NCBI RefSeq assembly: GCF_018977255.1
Contig: NW_024704742.1
Location: 10,418,001-10,482,000 of the forward strand
Length of the DNA stretch: 64,000 nt
From: Callorhinchus milii
Taxonomy: Eukaryota
Direction of reading: 5' to 3'
The position numbers and the translations under genes are program-made. The first letter of the stretch is position 1, and each line of letters begins with the position of its first letter. Shown piece after piece: positions 35,931 to 49,085 of the stretch. The notes under the pieces were generated by a model. The model was not told the origin of the DNA, searched no databases, and saw only the letters and a program-made list of their open reading frames with translations.

Positions 35931-35986
35931 TGCAAAGACCTCCCTTTGCAGGATGAGGAGATCAAAGTTGGAGACAACATAGAAAT
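35931..35986 (+). CDS. TEX15: TEX15 small coding exon (56 nt)
   Basis: Perfect TACTAAC branch point at 35906-35912, ttatag acceptor, AT|gtaagt donor; CKDLPLQDEEIKVGDNIE; phase 0 in and phase 2 out bridges the flanking exons exactly. Confidence 0.7.
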
Positions 35987-37569
35987 GTAAGTCCTGCAAT
36001 TCTCTGAACTGGTTTCTGGATGTCTTACAGGGTTTTAACAAAGGTTTAAAAGTCTGCAAAATAAACCAATACTAGATCCAGTTTGTAGTGATTTAAGTGA
36101 CATGAACAAGCTACCTGGAGTGAGAAGCATTGTATGTGTATGAGGAGTGATGATTTTGTTCCAGTGATTAATTTTTGATGGTACAATATAGCGTCTTCAT
36201 TTGGTAACCAACCATAAGCACACCTAGGACAAAGCATGGATGCTGCCACTGGCGTAGCAAACAATTTTAATGTTATATCTGGTGCTCAAGTGGCAGATCA
36301 TTTTGGGAACAGTTACTCCAGCAATCAGTGTAACATCCATGCCTTTATTATATTTCTGTTCTGATGGATTTTCAGTGCACAAAGCTACAAGTACCTTTAG
36401 GTCTGCTATCTTTTACATGTGGATAAAAATCTGCTGACCAGTAAAAAGCTAGACCAAGAAAAAGCCGAACCATTTGGTTAACAAAGGATAACAAAGCATA
36501 TTTTACTTAACAGAGGGATTCCAAATGACCTGTAAATTGTGCATCTACAAAAATTCACTTTGCTACCACACAGGTTTCTGCTATAGGTAGGATTTGATTG
36601 TAGGACGAAAGATGATAAATTGCTCTATTGGATGTGTGAGATACAGGGGTAAGATTGGGTATCTGAGACAGTGATTACCTCTACCGCTTTCACCAGGTTT
36701 TCCATTTGCCTTTTTTAAAAACAAACCTGCATTGCTTCAATAAATCCAGGTGGACCCAATCCTTGAAAACACTAACAGAACTTAAGATGGAAGAATTTTC
36801 TTAAAGTGTAATCTTGACAGGCAAAGCCTTGGTTGAATACAGTGGTTACAAGCTTATTCATCTCAATGAAGGGAGGGGAGATTTCCAGTGTGGGGAAGGG
36901 CTTAAATGTAATTTGTTGTTATTGTTGTTATTGATTGAAGAAAAGCATGGAGGAGCATTGTGCCTTTCACTTTTCAGTCTCCACCTGAAAATTCAGAGAG
37001 CTTTTATTCCTCAGGGCAATTAGACAGGAAGGTTTGCAATCGAGAGAAGATGGAGGCAAGAGGTGAAGAAATTGCCATGCATCAGATGATAAATCTTTTC
37101 TTTTATCTACGCCAGGGATGCCAGAGAGATGCTTGTAAGAACCTTTCCAGATATGGGAGTAGTATTTTTTCATGAACTTGGATTTAATAGAAATTGTAAG
37201 AATTGTTGAAAGGAAACAAAAGAATCAGTGAGAATTCCATTGAGAAGATAGTGAGGTCTATTTTACTCTGATCACTAAATGTAGTAATCCGTTCATTCAC
37301 AATGAGTTTATGATGCAAAATGATTTTTAGCTATCGGTTAAATAGGGGCCAGATTGCTGATAAATAAAGAAATAAGTGGTGTGAAAGATGATCTGTGGAT
37401 TTGACCTGTGAAAGTCTAGAAGAAACTGTTTGAGTAATGCAACAGAGTGGATATAGCTTTGTTGTTTACTTCTGGAATTCCCATTGCACTCTGGAAATCT
37501 TGTCTGTTTTTCTTTATTTTAGTCCGTATTTCTCCCCCCACTTCCCAAAAACAAACTTGTAGACCCAAA

Positions 37570-37915
37570 GCGTATTGGTTAGCATGCTCACCTCACAAGC
37601 GAGAGAACCCAGGTTTATTTCCCAGGTGGTGTGAAACTTTAGGCAAGTTTTCTTTCTCCACACTTGCTTAGCGGTAAGTAGGAACACGATTGTAAGTCGA
37701 TTGGCAGATCACTTTCCAGGGATAGTAATGCCTTAAAAACAATTCGGTCACTCAATCCACAACTGTTTCTGGGACACTGTTGTGAACAATTGGCTGCCGT
37801 GATTCACCCACAAAATACAGTCAATCCAGTTTACAATATATTCTGTGAAGCACGTTGAAACATCTCAACGATGTGATAAGGTGCTATATCAAATGCAAAG
37901 ACTATTATTATTAAC
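37570..37915 (+). mobile_element. tRNA-derived Deu-domain SINE, long subfamily
   Basis: Head cctcacaagcgagagaacccagg, Deu core, tail aaatgcaaagactattatta. Confidence 0.85.
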
Positions 37916-38037
37916 TTACATACAATCAAATTAATTTGAACCTTGAGACATTTTGGCATAGGATCATTCTGATCACAATATCACTATGGATACCTGAGCA
38001 CTGTTATTTATAATTTACTGTATGTATTGATTTGCAG

Positions 38038-39097
38038 AAAATTGTCATCCAAAAATATACAAAACCGTAAAGAGTTACAATCAACATCCCAAAGTATGGA
38101 GCCAATGGCTTTAACAACTCCTAAATCCTGTGTAAATACCAGATACTTGACGCATAAAATATCAAGATTTTCTTCCAGTGAAGTCCAGAGAAACAGCGAC
38201 ATTCCTTTGACTCCACAAATTCCTGCTCTTCCGAAATATACTTCAGAAGAATCTACAGTTTCACCTTTAATTTCTGACTCTCCAAAAATTGCTTGTGCTA
38301 ATATGCGAACACACTCTTGTTCAGGATCTCAATTGACTCATTTTCTTACTGTAACTCACAATTGCCAAAGTAAACAGATCATTTACCCCATAAAACACAA
38401 GTCGCCATCACTACGATCATGTAATCCCTCTCAAAGCGTTTTATATGAGGAGACTGCTTTTGACTCTTTTGAAAGTAAAGGCCAAACCATTGATACCTAT
38501 GGCAGAATTAGAAAACAGCAACTTGAGTTACCTCAGGGTGCAGAAAATAATCTGACTGAGCAGAAGATGAAGAGAAACAACAGCAGTTGTAGGCAACATC
38601 AAAAAATCCATAATCCATGTGAAATTCTTAGTTCACATCTGATTGATACACCAATAAAAAGTAATATTTTTCCTGTACAGCCTAGTTTAAGTTCCCAGGC
38701 ACACACATCATTTGACAGTCCTCTTTGTGAACAATTTGATGTAAGTATTCACAGTTCTACTGTCAGAAGTGCAGATAATCCACAAAATCTGCATTTGCAA
38801 CCAACAATACATGAAAGTTCAATCTTTCCAATACTGCACTCTGGCACCTCTTCCCCAGACGGTATCATTTCATCTGAAATAACAAGTATAGGTTCTGCTC
38901 CGACTGCTTCCTCCACAAGTAAAGAACATGAATGTGCTGATGTATCAAAGAATCCACTGTTGCAGTCTAAAACTCAAGTTACAAGAGATTCTTCCAAAAT
39001 TGCATCAAATATTGAACAACTTAGTTCTGTATCGTTACAAACTACGAACAAACCCGCTATCACTGATGGAATGATGCGGCCACATTCTCCAATCCAG
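38038..39097 (+). CDS. TEX15: TEX15 large C-terminal Ser/Thr/Pro-rich exon
   Basis: tttgcag acceptor in phase 2 enters the 391-aa ORF 38027-39202; CAG|gtacaa donor; repeat-free, low-complexity protein, as expected at this position of TEX15. Confidence 0.75.
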
Positions 39098-39239
39098 GTA
39101 CAAATGTTACATTTAACTCTAAGTATAACCTATCTGCATTCCTGTTTCTCTTCTGGTCATCATACTCACAAAAGCTTCTTACTGTTCTATGGTTTCCTCT
39201 GAAATTAGTTGTCACTTCTGTTCAAATATTTTTTTCAGG

Positions 39240-40935
39240 CATAATACTCCCTTTAAAATAAATAAATAAATAATAATTTGGTCACTCAATCCACAACTGT
39301 TTGTGGGACACTGCTGTGCGCAATTGGTTGCCACACGCTTTGAGATGTCTCGAAGACGTAATAAGGCGCTATATTAAATGCAAGGATTATCACACCTCCA
39401 CCTCCTTGCCCCTCTACTCACTGACATCATAAACCTCTCCCTGTTCTCTGGTACTGTCCCCATCCCATTAAAAATCACCGTCATCACTCCTATCCTTAAA
39501 AAACCCTCCTTGACCCTTCTACTCCCAAACTACTGCCCCATCTCCAACCTCTATTTCTTTTCCAAGGTCCTGGAATGAGTTGTTGCTTCTCAGGTTTGCT
39601 CCTTCCTCTCCCGCCACTCCCTTCATGAACCCCTCCAATCGGGTTTCCGTGCCGCCCACAGTACAGAAACAGCCCTGGTCAAAGTGACAAATGACATTCT
39701 GTCCATCTGCGACCAGGGCTGCCTCTCCTCCTTGCCCTCCTTGACCTCTCTGCTGCTTTTGACACCGTCGACTGCTTTATCATCATCCACCACCTCTCCT
39801 CTCACCTCCACCTTCACAGCTCTGTCCTTGACTGGTTCAGATCATACCTCTCGCACCACCTGCACTTCATCTCCACAAATGGCTTCTCCTCCAGCCCCCG
39901 CATTATTTCATGTTCCTCAGGGCTCTGTCCTTGGTCCCCTCCTCTTCAATATCTGTATGCTCTCTCTTGGTGACATCATCCGCAGACATGGGGTCAACTT
40001 CCACATGTATGCGGATGACACCCAACTCTACCTCTCTGCCTCCACCCTTGACTCCAGGACCACTGCTGTCCTGACAGAATGTCTGTCGGACATCAAGTCC
40101 TGGATGAGAGTTAACTTCCTTCAGTTGACCGTCACCAAGACCGAGGCTCTCCTGATTGTCTCCCGTCAGCGCCTCCTCACCTCAGATGCTGACAGCATCA
40201 CCATCCATGGTTGCACACTCCACCTTGCTAAGCCGGTCCGGAACCTTGGGGACTTGTTTGACCGTCAACTATCCTTTCTACCCTACATCTGCGCCATGAC
40301 CCGCTCTGCCTTCCCCACCTCCGCTACGTCGCCCGGCTCCGTCACTGTCTCACACCACAGGCCGCAAAAACCCTCATACATGCTTTCATTACATCGAGGC
40401 TCGATTATGTAAACTCACTGCTTGTTGACCTCCTCAAGTCCTCCCTTCATAGGCTGCATATCATCCAGAACTCTGCAGCCTGTGACCGCTCCCCGACCCT
40501 ATCACCCCCATCTTTGCCCAACTCCATTGGCTTCCCATCACACAGAGGATACAGATCAAGATCCTGGTCCTAACCTTCAAAGCCCTCCATCGTGCTCCCC
40601 CCAATCTCTCCGACCTCCTAACCCCCTACCATCCAGCTCGCTCCCTCCGCTCAGCGGGCTTAGGTCTGCTTCACGTCCCCTGCCTTGCTCACCCCACTAT
40701 TCTGCCACTCTGCCCCCACCCTCTGGAACTCCATCCTGCAGTCCCAATGCCTCAGCCACTCCCTTGCCTCCTTCAAAACCCTCTTTTTCGACTGTGCTTT
40801 CGATCTCCCTGCTTCCCCCCCCTGCCCTCCCCGACCCCAACCCCCCAGCTCGGGTCTGTAACTCTTTCTATCCAGCGCCTTCGGACGTCCCCCCGACGTG
40901 AAGGGCACTTTACAAATGTAGTTTTGTTATATTAT
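39240..40935 (+). mobile_element. SINE 3' fragment (39240-39390) followed by a 5'-truncated L2 LINE (RT to tail)
   Basis: [42 protein letters not shown]; tail ccagcgccttcggacgtccccccgacgtgaagggcact. Confidence 0.9.
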
Positions 40936-41011
40936 TATTTAACTTCTTCAGGTAATAAATAGTATGTGCTTTCTGTGCTTTATTGACTTATGTCACCTGT
41001 ATTTGGTTCAG

Positions 41012-41114
41012 ATACGCATTCCTGTACAATTTATTGGATTTGGAACCAACTCACATTTGACGAGTCATTCCCTTATCAAACCTTCGTTCCGGACACAGAA
41101 AAAAAGCAGATGGG
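41012..41114 (+). CDS. TEX15: Probable TEX15 penultimate exon (103 nt)
   Basis: ggttcag acceptor and GG|gtaagc donor; open in phase 0 (IRIPVQFIGFG...KKSRW). A second frame is also open, so the frame is uncertain; no recognisable homology. Confidence 0.5.
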
Positions 41115-41549
41115 GTAAGCTTATGAATAGTTAAAGGATGTTAGGTGTGTCTTGAAAGATTTTATGTCATATTGGAAATAATGGATTAGCTATCCTATTT
41201 CACTATTGAAAAAGACAATTGTTTTGAATAAGCAAGTGGACTTGTACATAGAAGTGGAATTAATTAGGTATTCCATTTATCCTTGGTGTATTATTATGTA
41301 TATTTGAGGATGTTTTGTTTATGTTAAGTAACCCTATAACATCAGTTATAGATTATTATATGAATGGAAGACACTTTATGTTTTCTTGTAGCTGATCTTA
41401 TTAAAGGAGCAAAGCATTATGATTTTAAATTTTTTTTTACATTTATTATGCATTTTATGTTGAGAGGACAACAAAGACGAGGTTGGGATCTGAAATGCAC
41501 TGCATTTGCAATGGGCGAGGCAGGATAATAATAATAATCTTTGCATTTG

Positions 41550-41900
41550 TTAGAAGGCTGCGAGTTCAAGCCCTTTCTCAACACTTTGAATTCATTGTCC
41601 AGGCTGATACTCAGTGCAGTGCTGGGAGTGCGCTGCATTATTTGAAGACCCAAAGCACTATTTGGAAAAGAAAAGGAAGTCTCTCTTCCTGTCCGCACCA
41701 ACACTCCCACCCCGCTCCCCTCTCCCCGATAAAATTTGCCATTCACTTCATGGCTGTTTGTAGGACACAGCTGTACACAAATTGACTGCTGTGTTCACCT
41801 ACAAAATACATAGTCACTATATTTTGCAGTGAAGACTGTGAAGGCTTTTGAGACGAGCTCTTGACTTGAAAGGTCTATATCAAATGTAAGGATTAATATT
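41550..41900 (+). mobile_element. Older Deu/SacSINE-like SINE, degenerate
   Basis: gagttcaagccc B box, caggctgatactcagtgcagtgctgggagtg, Deu core and tail. Confidence 0.65.
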
Positions 41901-42064
41901 GATAGTATTAATATTATTACCAACTTGAGCCAAGCTGGTGTGAGACTTCAAATTGAAAGGGAAGGGAGGGAAATTTCATTGTGGTGTCATGATCTGTAGT
42001 GCACAATATGTACTGGATCTGATCAGAAAAAAAAGCACTGTTAACTTTGTTTATTATTTTGCAG

Positions 42065-42078
42065 ATTGCTGCCAATAA
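42065..42078 (+). CDS. TEX15: Probable TEX15 terminal coding segment (DCCQ-stop)
   Basis: Strong acceptor tttgtttattattttgcag; phase-1 continuation gives D-C-C-Q-TAA, followed by about 2 kb of AT-rich sequence with no recognisable interspersed repeats. Confidence 0.45.
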
Positions 42079-44160
42079 ACTGAAGCATTTTCCTGAAGAA
42101 AATTAGATTTTTACCAACACGGTGTGAACACTATTTTGTACACATTTTATTTTTCAGCAAAAAAGTGTTAAGTTTTGTATGGAAACCTTATTTATAGGAA
42201 TTTTTTGACCGCTTGCAGTAAATGTGCCTGTAATTTGACACGCGTTCATTTTACATTTATGTGCACCGTCTCCACATTTATGTAGCAACTTTCATAACTG
42301 TTGAGTCCCAGTAATGATCACTTAAATTGTTAGTACAAAGACAGTACATTTAAAGGAACAGTAGAATATTTAAAATGATTGGCATTTCCATGGGACAAAG
42401 GTAGTCAGTACAAAATGTTAATAAATATTGTACCCTGTCCCTAGGATAGACATTAAAAAGGATTTATTCCCAATCTGCTCCAAATAGCAAAACTATTGCA
42501 GTATTTTTTTCCTTCATTTTCTTTCTGTAACTTGTTTTCCATATTACAAAATAGTTTATCATTTGTTTTTTTCTGATACTATTGTATTTATATCCAAGGT
42601 TTCTTCAGTTTGTTTTGTCATTTTCTTATTTCATTTATCCTTTATGACGTATAAGCTCATAGTATAAAAGCTGAAAGGGATTTTCCCAATGATTGTAAAG
42701 GAGCTGTAGGCTGGAGACCTATATGATTTATGTGACAGATATTCTATTTGGTTATTGTACAATAAGAAAATATAGTGTTCCCCTTTTTTGTAATGCCTTA
42801 TATTTAGTGTTCAATTTAGTTTAATTTGTAATAGGAATCCTTAATAAGGAAAATGAGTGAATCTCCTCCCAATAACTGGAATTACATCAAACTAACTCAC
42901 TAGAAGTCTGCACTCTAAGTAGATTGGTTCTGAGTTACTGTTCTGCGAATTGGCAGGTCATTGGTTTCCAAATTAAGGAATCTTATAAATTACTGTATAT
43001 TAGACTTATAGTGACTCTACATTTGCAAATATAAAATGTACAGATTGCAGTAGGTAAAATTTGGATTAATGATCTGACATTATCAGGGCAAAATAAATGC
43101 CTGCTGAAAAATATAATAACTTAAAATATTAACAGTAAGTTTTAACTGTGATACAATGTACAGGGAAAAATAAACAAATTGCTCCATTGTTTTTCTTAGG
43201 TGAGAAGGTTTCAATGAGAAGGTGATTATTCTGTCCTTTTTTTTCAACAACAGCATGGTACTTCAAATAGTTATAATACAGTAAGCATGCCAAACTTTGG
43301 AAAACAGCCGGAAGCAATCTTTTGGAGCACTAAAGTCTGTATATTTTGCTTCATAGAATTTACATTTTATATGTTTAAAAAAATTAACATCTTAATTGAA
43401 TTTTAAGTGCTAAAAATTATACAAAATTGGTTAACATTTAATTAGTTTAGGGACTGAAAAACAATTAAAATGGGACAGATTTCTTCTTCCCTGCTCTCCC
43501 CCCCCCACACACACACAAACGCACACACATTACTGTATCTTTCTTTCTCCCACCACCCCATACCCTAATCTAAGTCATTGGGGGAGAATTCTGTCCATGG
43601 TTCTGAATACTGCGGATGCTATTAGGATCTCAGATCATGGCTCTGTTCAAAATTTGAACTGAAGAAGAAAATTTGAATCTTGTGTTATATTTAGACATGG
43701 TGCAAAAGTGCACCTCAGTTCTGAAATTCTTAAAAACTTTGTTTTCAGTTGAATTTTGGATTCATGTACATTTAATATTTATATATTCAATTTGTTAATA
43801 CCTAGTATTGTATCTAAGCATTTTGTCAAAAGAAAACTTTGAAATGTAATTTACGGCTGTAATGGTAGAGTTTAATGTGAATACACTGTTTGTAACAATT
43901 TGTAATTTCAAGAGTTCACAATTTTTTCAGGTTTTGTTTGCGGTATAAATGTGAAGATATGAAAGCGATGCCCAGTTTCTCTTGTCACTTTTTTGATCGA
44001 TCATACATACTTACATTACTTACATTTATGTACATCCTTGAAGCAGTAAGTATTATGTTTGTGTGTACTTTGCAAGAATTTTGCATTTGGTGGAAAAATA
44101 CACATTAGATATTGTTAATGTCTGCCTTTTTGTGTTTTATTAAAAATAAGCAAAAACGTT
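42079..44160 (+). other. TEX15: Putative TEX15 3' UTR with candidate poly(A) signal ATTAAA at 44139-44144
   Basis: U/A-rich 2.1 kb lacking SINE/LINE copies, ending just after ATTAAA where SINEs resume; other AATAAA hexamers occur near 43092 and 43169. Confidence 0.45.
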
Positions 44161-44169
44161 CAAACATTC

Positions 44170-45021
44170 ACTATTGTTTCACCCACAACATATTGTCAAT
44201 TCACTTTATAGCATATTCTGTGAAGTGCTTTGAGATGTCTCAAAGACATCGCCTCTAGCCTTGACCTTGGTGTAATTTGAATGGTTGGACAAGTTTCTTT
44301 ACTCCACACATCTCTGTTCACCTAGCAGTAAGTAGGAATCTGGTTGTTCGTCAATTGGCAGATTGCTTTCCAGGGGTAATAATCTCTTCAAAAAAAATAC
44401 TAATAATAATTTGGTCACTCAATCCACAACTGTTTGTGGGACACTGATGTGCGCAATTGGCTGCCACTTCGTCTACAACAGTACAGTCAATTCACTTTAC
44501 AGTATATTCTGTGAAGAGCTTTAAAATCTCAGACGTAATAAGCGCTATATCAAATGTAAGAATTCTTGTATATAAATTCCCCAGTTCTTTGTTCCTAGTC
44601 CAGCATGGAAGCAAGTGAGTCTATTTTGTCATTCTTGAGCAACTTCCACTTTTGGCCAGCATCTAATGTACAGCTGTTGATAAAAGAACGGTGTCCCTCT
44701 CAATATAGGTTCATGAGGGTTGCTGAGTTTGAAAGAACTTGTATTTTTATATTGCCTTATTTGTTTGAAATGTTTTACACATAATATGCAGGTACTGTTT
44801 TTGTTGGCAATCAGGTTAAAATAATAGGCGGCGAATAATAAGAATAATCCTTGTATTTGATATAGTCCTTTTCATTTCTTCTGAACATCTCAAAGCACTT
44901 CAGTGTAAAGTGATTGACTATATTTTGTGGGCGAAACACAGCATCCAATTGCGCACAGCAGTGTCCCACAAACAGTCGTGGATTGAGTGACCAAATTTAT
45001 TGGGTTTTCTTCTTGAGGGAT
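44170..45021. mobile_element. SINE cluster (plus copies about 44170-44570; minus copy about 44835-45021)
   Basis: Deu cores and tails present in both orientations. Confidence 0.8.
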
Positions 45022-45337
45022 TATAATAATAATAATCCTTGCATTTAATATAACGTTTTTCACGTCGGGAGGACGTCCCAAAGCGCTTCACAGAACACAC
45101 TGTAAAGTGAATTGACTATATTTGTGGCCGAACGCGGCAGCCAATTGCGCACAGCAATGTCCCACAAACAGTCGTAGATTGAAAATGACCAATTTATTAT
45201 TGTTTTGGGTTTTGGAGGGATTATTATTAGGCTGTGTGGAGTAAGGAAACTTGCCCAAGGTTTCGCCTTCCTGGGAATCGAACCCAGGTCTCTCGCTTGC
45301 TCTCTCGAGTGCTCTAACCACTGAGCTACAGGACTCC
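45022..45337 (-). mobile_element. SINE short subfamily, full length
   Basis: Head, short linker, Deu core and tail gggacgtcctcccgacgtgaaa; very similar to 60468-60798. Confidence 0.9.
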
Positions 45338-46939
45338 TACATAGATCACCTACAAAATAACAATCACTGCATTTTACAATCAATCCTGTGAAGCACTTTG
45401 AGACGTTCTCCTGATTTGTAAAACACTACACCAAATGTATTTTATCTTTGTAGAACAGGAGGCTGCCACGTAGCTGATCAGCCTGTGAAGGAGCCATCCT
45501 TTTAGTCTCTTTCCCACTTTACAGGCATATTTAATGTATTCTGGGTACACCAGATGAATATTGATGCGTAGGCTTTTCCTATTAAGTCTGAAAACATGAA
45601 GGAAATAATTGAAGCTGGGTGGTAATGATGGAACAATAAGCTCAGCAGAGGTGCAATTTTAGCTTTCAGTACCAAGAACAAATTGCATTTACACAGAGCC
45701 TTTCTTGACGGGATTACGCCCCAATGCGCTGGTTTCAGCTGATAGCAATGAAACATAAGAGGTTGCTCTTATTGTTTTCATCCACAATACCAGAACATGT
45801 ACTCTTCCTTACAATGTGGTCTGCGTACTTGCATTTCATATGCACCTGTCTGAACCACTTTTGATCCAGATAAGTGCAGTGAACCAACTCTGGCTGCTGC
45901 AGTTCAAAGTCTCCCATGAGCAGTAATGAATCCTAGGAACAGGAACACTTCACTNGGGGGCGATATAAATAAAACACAGTTTAGAGAGGCCCAGTGACCT
46001 TCATTTTGAGGGCTGTGGCTTTAGCATGCAACTGAAATATTAGAAAGCATTTGTCAAAATTAAAATACTGCAATACAAACAAAAATCTTCCTGCAAAAGA
46101 GAGCCTCACACCAAACTAATCTTTCACGGTTCATATCATAAAACAGGGCCTGGAGAGACTCCATTACTTTACTATTTCACTGAAGGGGAGAGACTGTGTG
46201 CCTGAAGAAATTTTGATTGAACTGTTCCACATATTATTATCTGCTTCCCAGCCAACTCCCCTATTTGGCTTTTACAGATTTAGACAACTCAATGTCACAA
46301 TTTCTCCGTGAAGATAAGTGACGTTGAGTTTACAGATATCAAATTAACCTATGGTTAGATTTAACAATATTAAACTGGTGAAGCAAAGAAGCTGAAAGCT
46401 CAAAACGTTTGCTGTTATCAGGCTGTTCAGTTACAGGTATTGTTCTGGTGAGCACAGTTGCAGATTACTGTTCCTGGATAATTTAACATCACAAGTTGCA
46501 TTCTTTCCCCATCTCTAAAAGAAAACTGAGTATCTCCTTGAGGTTTGTATGTATTACTTCATGAAGATTACATAGTAATTATAAGCACAGGAAAAAACAT
46601 TTCCCAGCAACATAATCACTCCATCATTTGTACAATAACATTTATAATTGAAGAATGCAGTTTATTGAAAACATATTTAATTACTTATAAATGTGAAACA
46701 AACAGAAAATAATAATCCAAGCTCAATTGGTAACACTCCTCTGAGACAGACGCTTCAAACTGGGGTTGGGATTGAGATTTAAGGTTGGGATTTAAACTCA
46801 CAGGTCAGTCTGACACAGCAATGCAATATTGGGGGATTGCTACAGTCCTTTGGAGGGGACACTAAAACACAGGTCTCATCTGCCTATTCATGTGGATATT
46901 AAATTATTACTTGAAAAGAAAATTGAGTTTTACCTGGTC

Positions 46940-47180
46940 AGAAATGTTTTCACTCAGAGAGTTGTTGGATGCCAGTCTAGAATGTAGAATGCCCTGCCAA
47001 GTAAGGTGGTAGATGCACAGCCCATTGTGACCTTCAAAAGGTAAGCTATATAGCACCTTGAAGGACTATAGGGATAAGGCAGGGCAGTAGGACTGAATGA
47101 ACACCTTTCTCAGAGCCACTGCAAACTAGATGGACTAAATGGCTTCCTTTGCTCTACATTTTTATGGTTCTATGGATACT
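46940..47180 (+). mobile_element. CR1 3' end, degenerate
   Basis: ttttcactcagagagttgt...aatgccctgcc...gatggactaaatggcttcct...tttatggttctatg. Confidence 0.65.
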
Positions 47181-47539
47181 CTCCAGATTAATTGGTCTAT
47201 TATCTCATGAGGCCTTGCTGCGCACAAAATGGTTGACTTGCTTGCCTACAAAAAGACAAATATTTCCTCTTTGGGGGTATAAGGGGGACAATTTCTGTCT
47301 TTCTATTGGGGAGCACCATCTTAATGAAGTGGGAGAAATGTCTTAATAAATGACTTTATGAGATGAGGCAATTCAAATATGTGAGTAATACCAATGAGTT
47401 ATGTAGATTCAAGAAAGATAAACTGCACATCTTGCTGGCATGATGCATTACATATCATAATTATATCTATGTAGTCCATATTATTCTTAAAACTACAGCA
47501 AAAGTTGAAAGAGAACAATTTCCATTTTCTAATGCCTAT

Positions 47540-47656
47540 GATTTCACCCATAAAATATACAGTCGATTCACTTTACAGTATATTCTGAGAAACGCTTTGA
47601 GACATCTCGAAGACGTGATGAGGCGCTATATCAAATGCAAGGATTATTATTATTAT
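47540..47656 (+). mobile_element. SINE 3' tail fragment
   Basis: cactttacagtatattctg...gagacatctcgaagacgtgatgaggcgctatatcaaatgcaaggattattatt. Confidence 0.85.
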
Positions 47657-48554
47657 ATCAAAACACAGTAATTCTTTTCAGACACAGTAACTGTTTTTTA
47701 TAGGCAACCACAGCAGTCATTTTGTGCACACTGAAAAGACTTGAGTCCTTTTTCAGAGCCTACAAACTGATTTCTCCTGTTGCCTGCTCTCATGCATATT
47801 AAGAAACCACACATCACTGCTGCAATTAATACTGTTTTTGCAAATCCGCAGGCCATGGAGACAGATGTTGATATACTTATTATCTTCTCACCAATAGCAC
47901 TAACAGGAAAACATTTACAAGAAAACTCAAAATGTAATGAACAAAGGATTAAGTATTAATAAAACATTCGGTCTATTTTCCCTTTAATGAGTAGGTGTAT
48001 TGCATTCTATAAATACGATTTTGCAATGTAATCTGACTGCAATGAGCGGTTCTTTCCTAGCTAATATACATTACCAATAACCTTGTTTCGATCAATATGC
48101 TGCATGTCCAGTAATTCACAATGTACCCTGAGCTCAGCATAGTTTCATTAAATAGTATTATTTTGGGAAAAAAATATCTATGCAAGATGAAGATTTCTCA
48201 TTCTGGAGCCATGTTCAACTTCTTCTGCATGATACACTCTTCAATGTCAAAAATATTAAGCACAGGTATGTAAGAAAACGCAGTTTGGTTTACAACTGGT
48301 GCAGACAGTGCTGTTCATCTACTTCAATTGTGATCATCATTATCTTCCAATGGGCAGGGTGATGCAACACTTCCCCCCTGGCTCATGGATGCACAAGTGA
48401 GAACGAGCAATGTTTGTGAGAGACGAGCGATGTTAATTTTGTGTAACTTTTTATTTGAAAAACTATTAACAGATATTTTATAGCTGAATCTCAAAAACAT
48501 CAGATTCTGCCACCCCATTTTGAAATGCAACATCAAGGCTAAATAAACCAGAAA

Positions 48555-49085
48555 ATAACAACAAATTACAGTTCTACAGCACCTTTCATGTCAGGATATC
48601 CCAGGGTGCTGGATATTCAGGGATCCGTACCCGAGCTGATGGTTGGTATCAGGAGGGGTGGGGGCAGGGAGGGGTATTAGGGTGACCGAAGGCACGGTCA
48701 AAGTGGAGGGTCTAGAAATGGATCTTGAAGGAGGCAAGGCAAGGGGGTGAGGCGGAGGACCTTAGGAGGAGTTTCAGAGGGTGGGGGCACAGAGTCTAAC
48801 GCCAATGGTGGGCCGGACAAGGCGAGAGACATAAAGTAGGTTGGAGTGCGGGAGAGATCACAGGCTGCAGAGCTCTGGATGATATGCAGGAGTTGGGGAG
48901 GCCGGCACGCAAGGAGTTTGTGTATGAACCTGGATACGATGAACGCATGGATGAGAGTCTTGCTGGCCTGCGGTGAGAGAGTGGCAAAACCAGGCTATGT
49001 TGCAGAGGTGGGGAAGGAGGAGCGGGTCATGGCACGGATGTGGTGTATGAAGGACAGTTGAGGGTCGAACAGGATGCTGAGGATC
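48555..49085 (-). mobile_element. L2 LINE 3' fragment, degenerate
   Basis: Similar to the minus L2 at 24386-25250 (ggctgcagagctctggatgat, gacagttgagggtcgaac). Confidence 0.7.
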
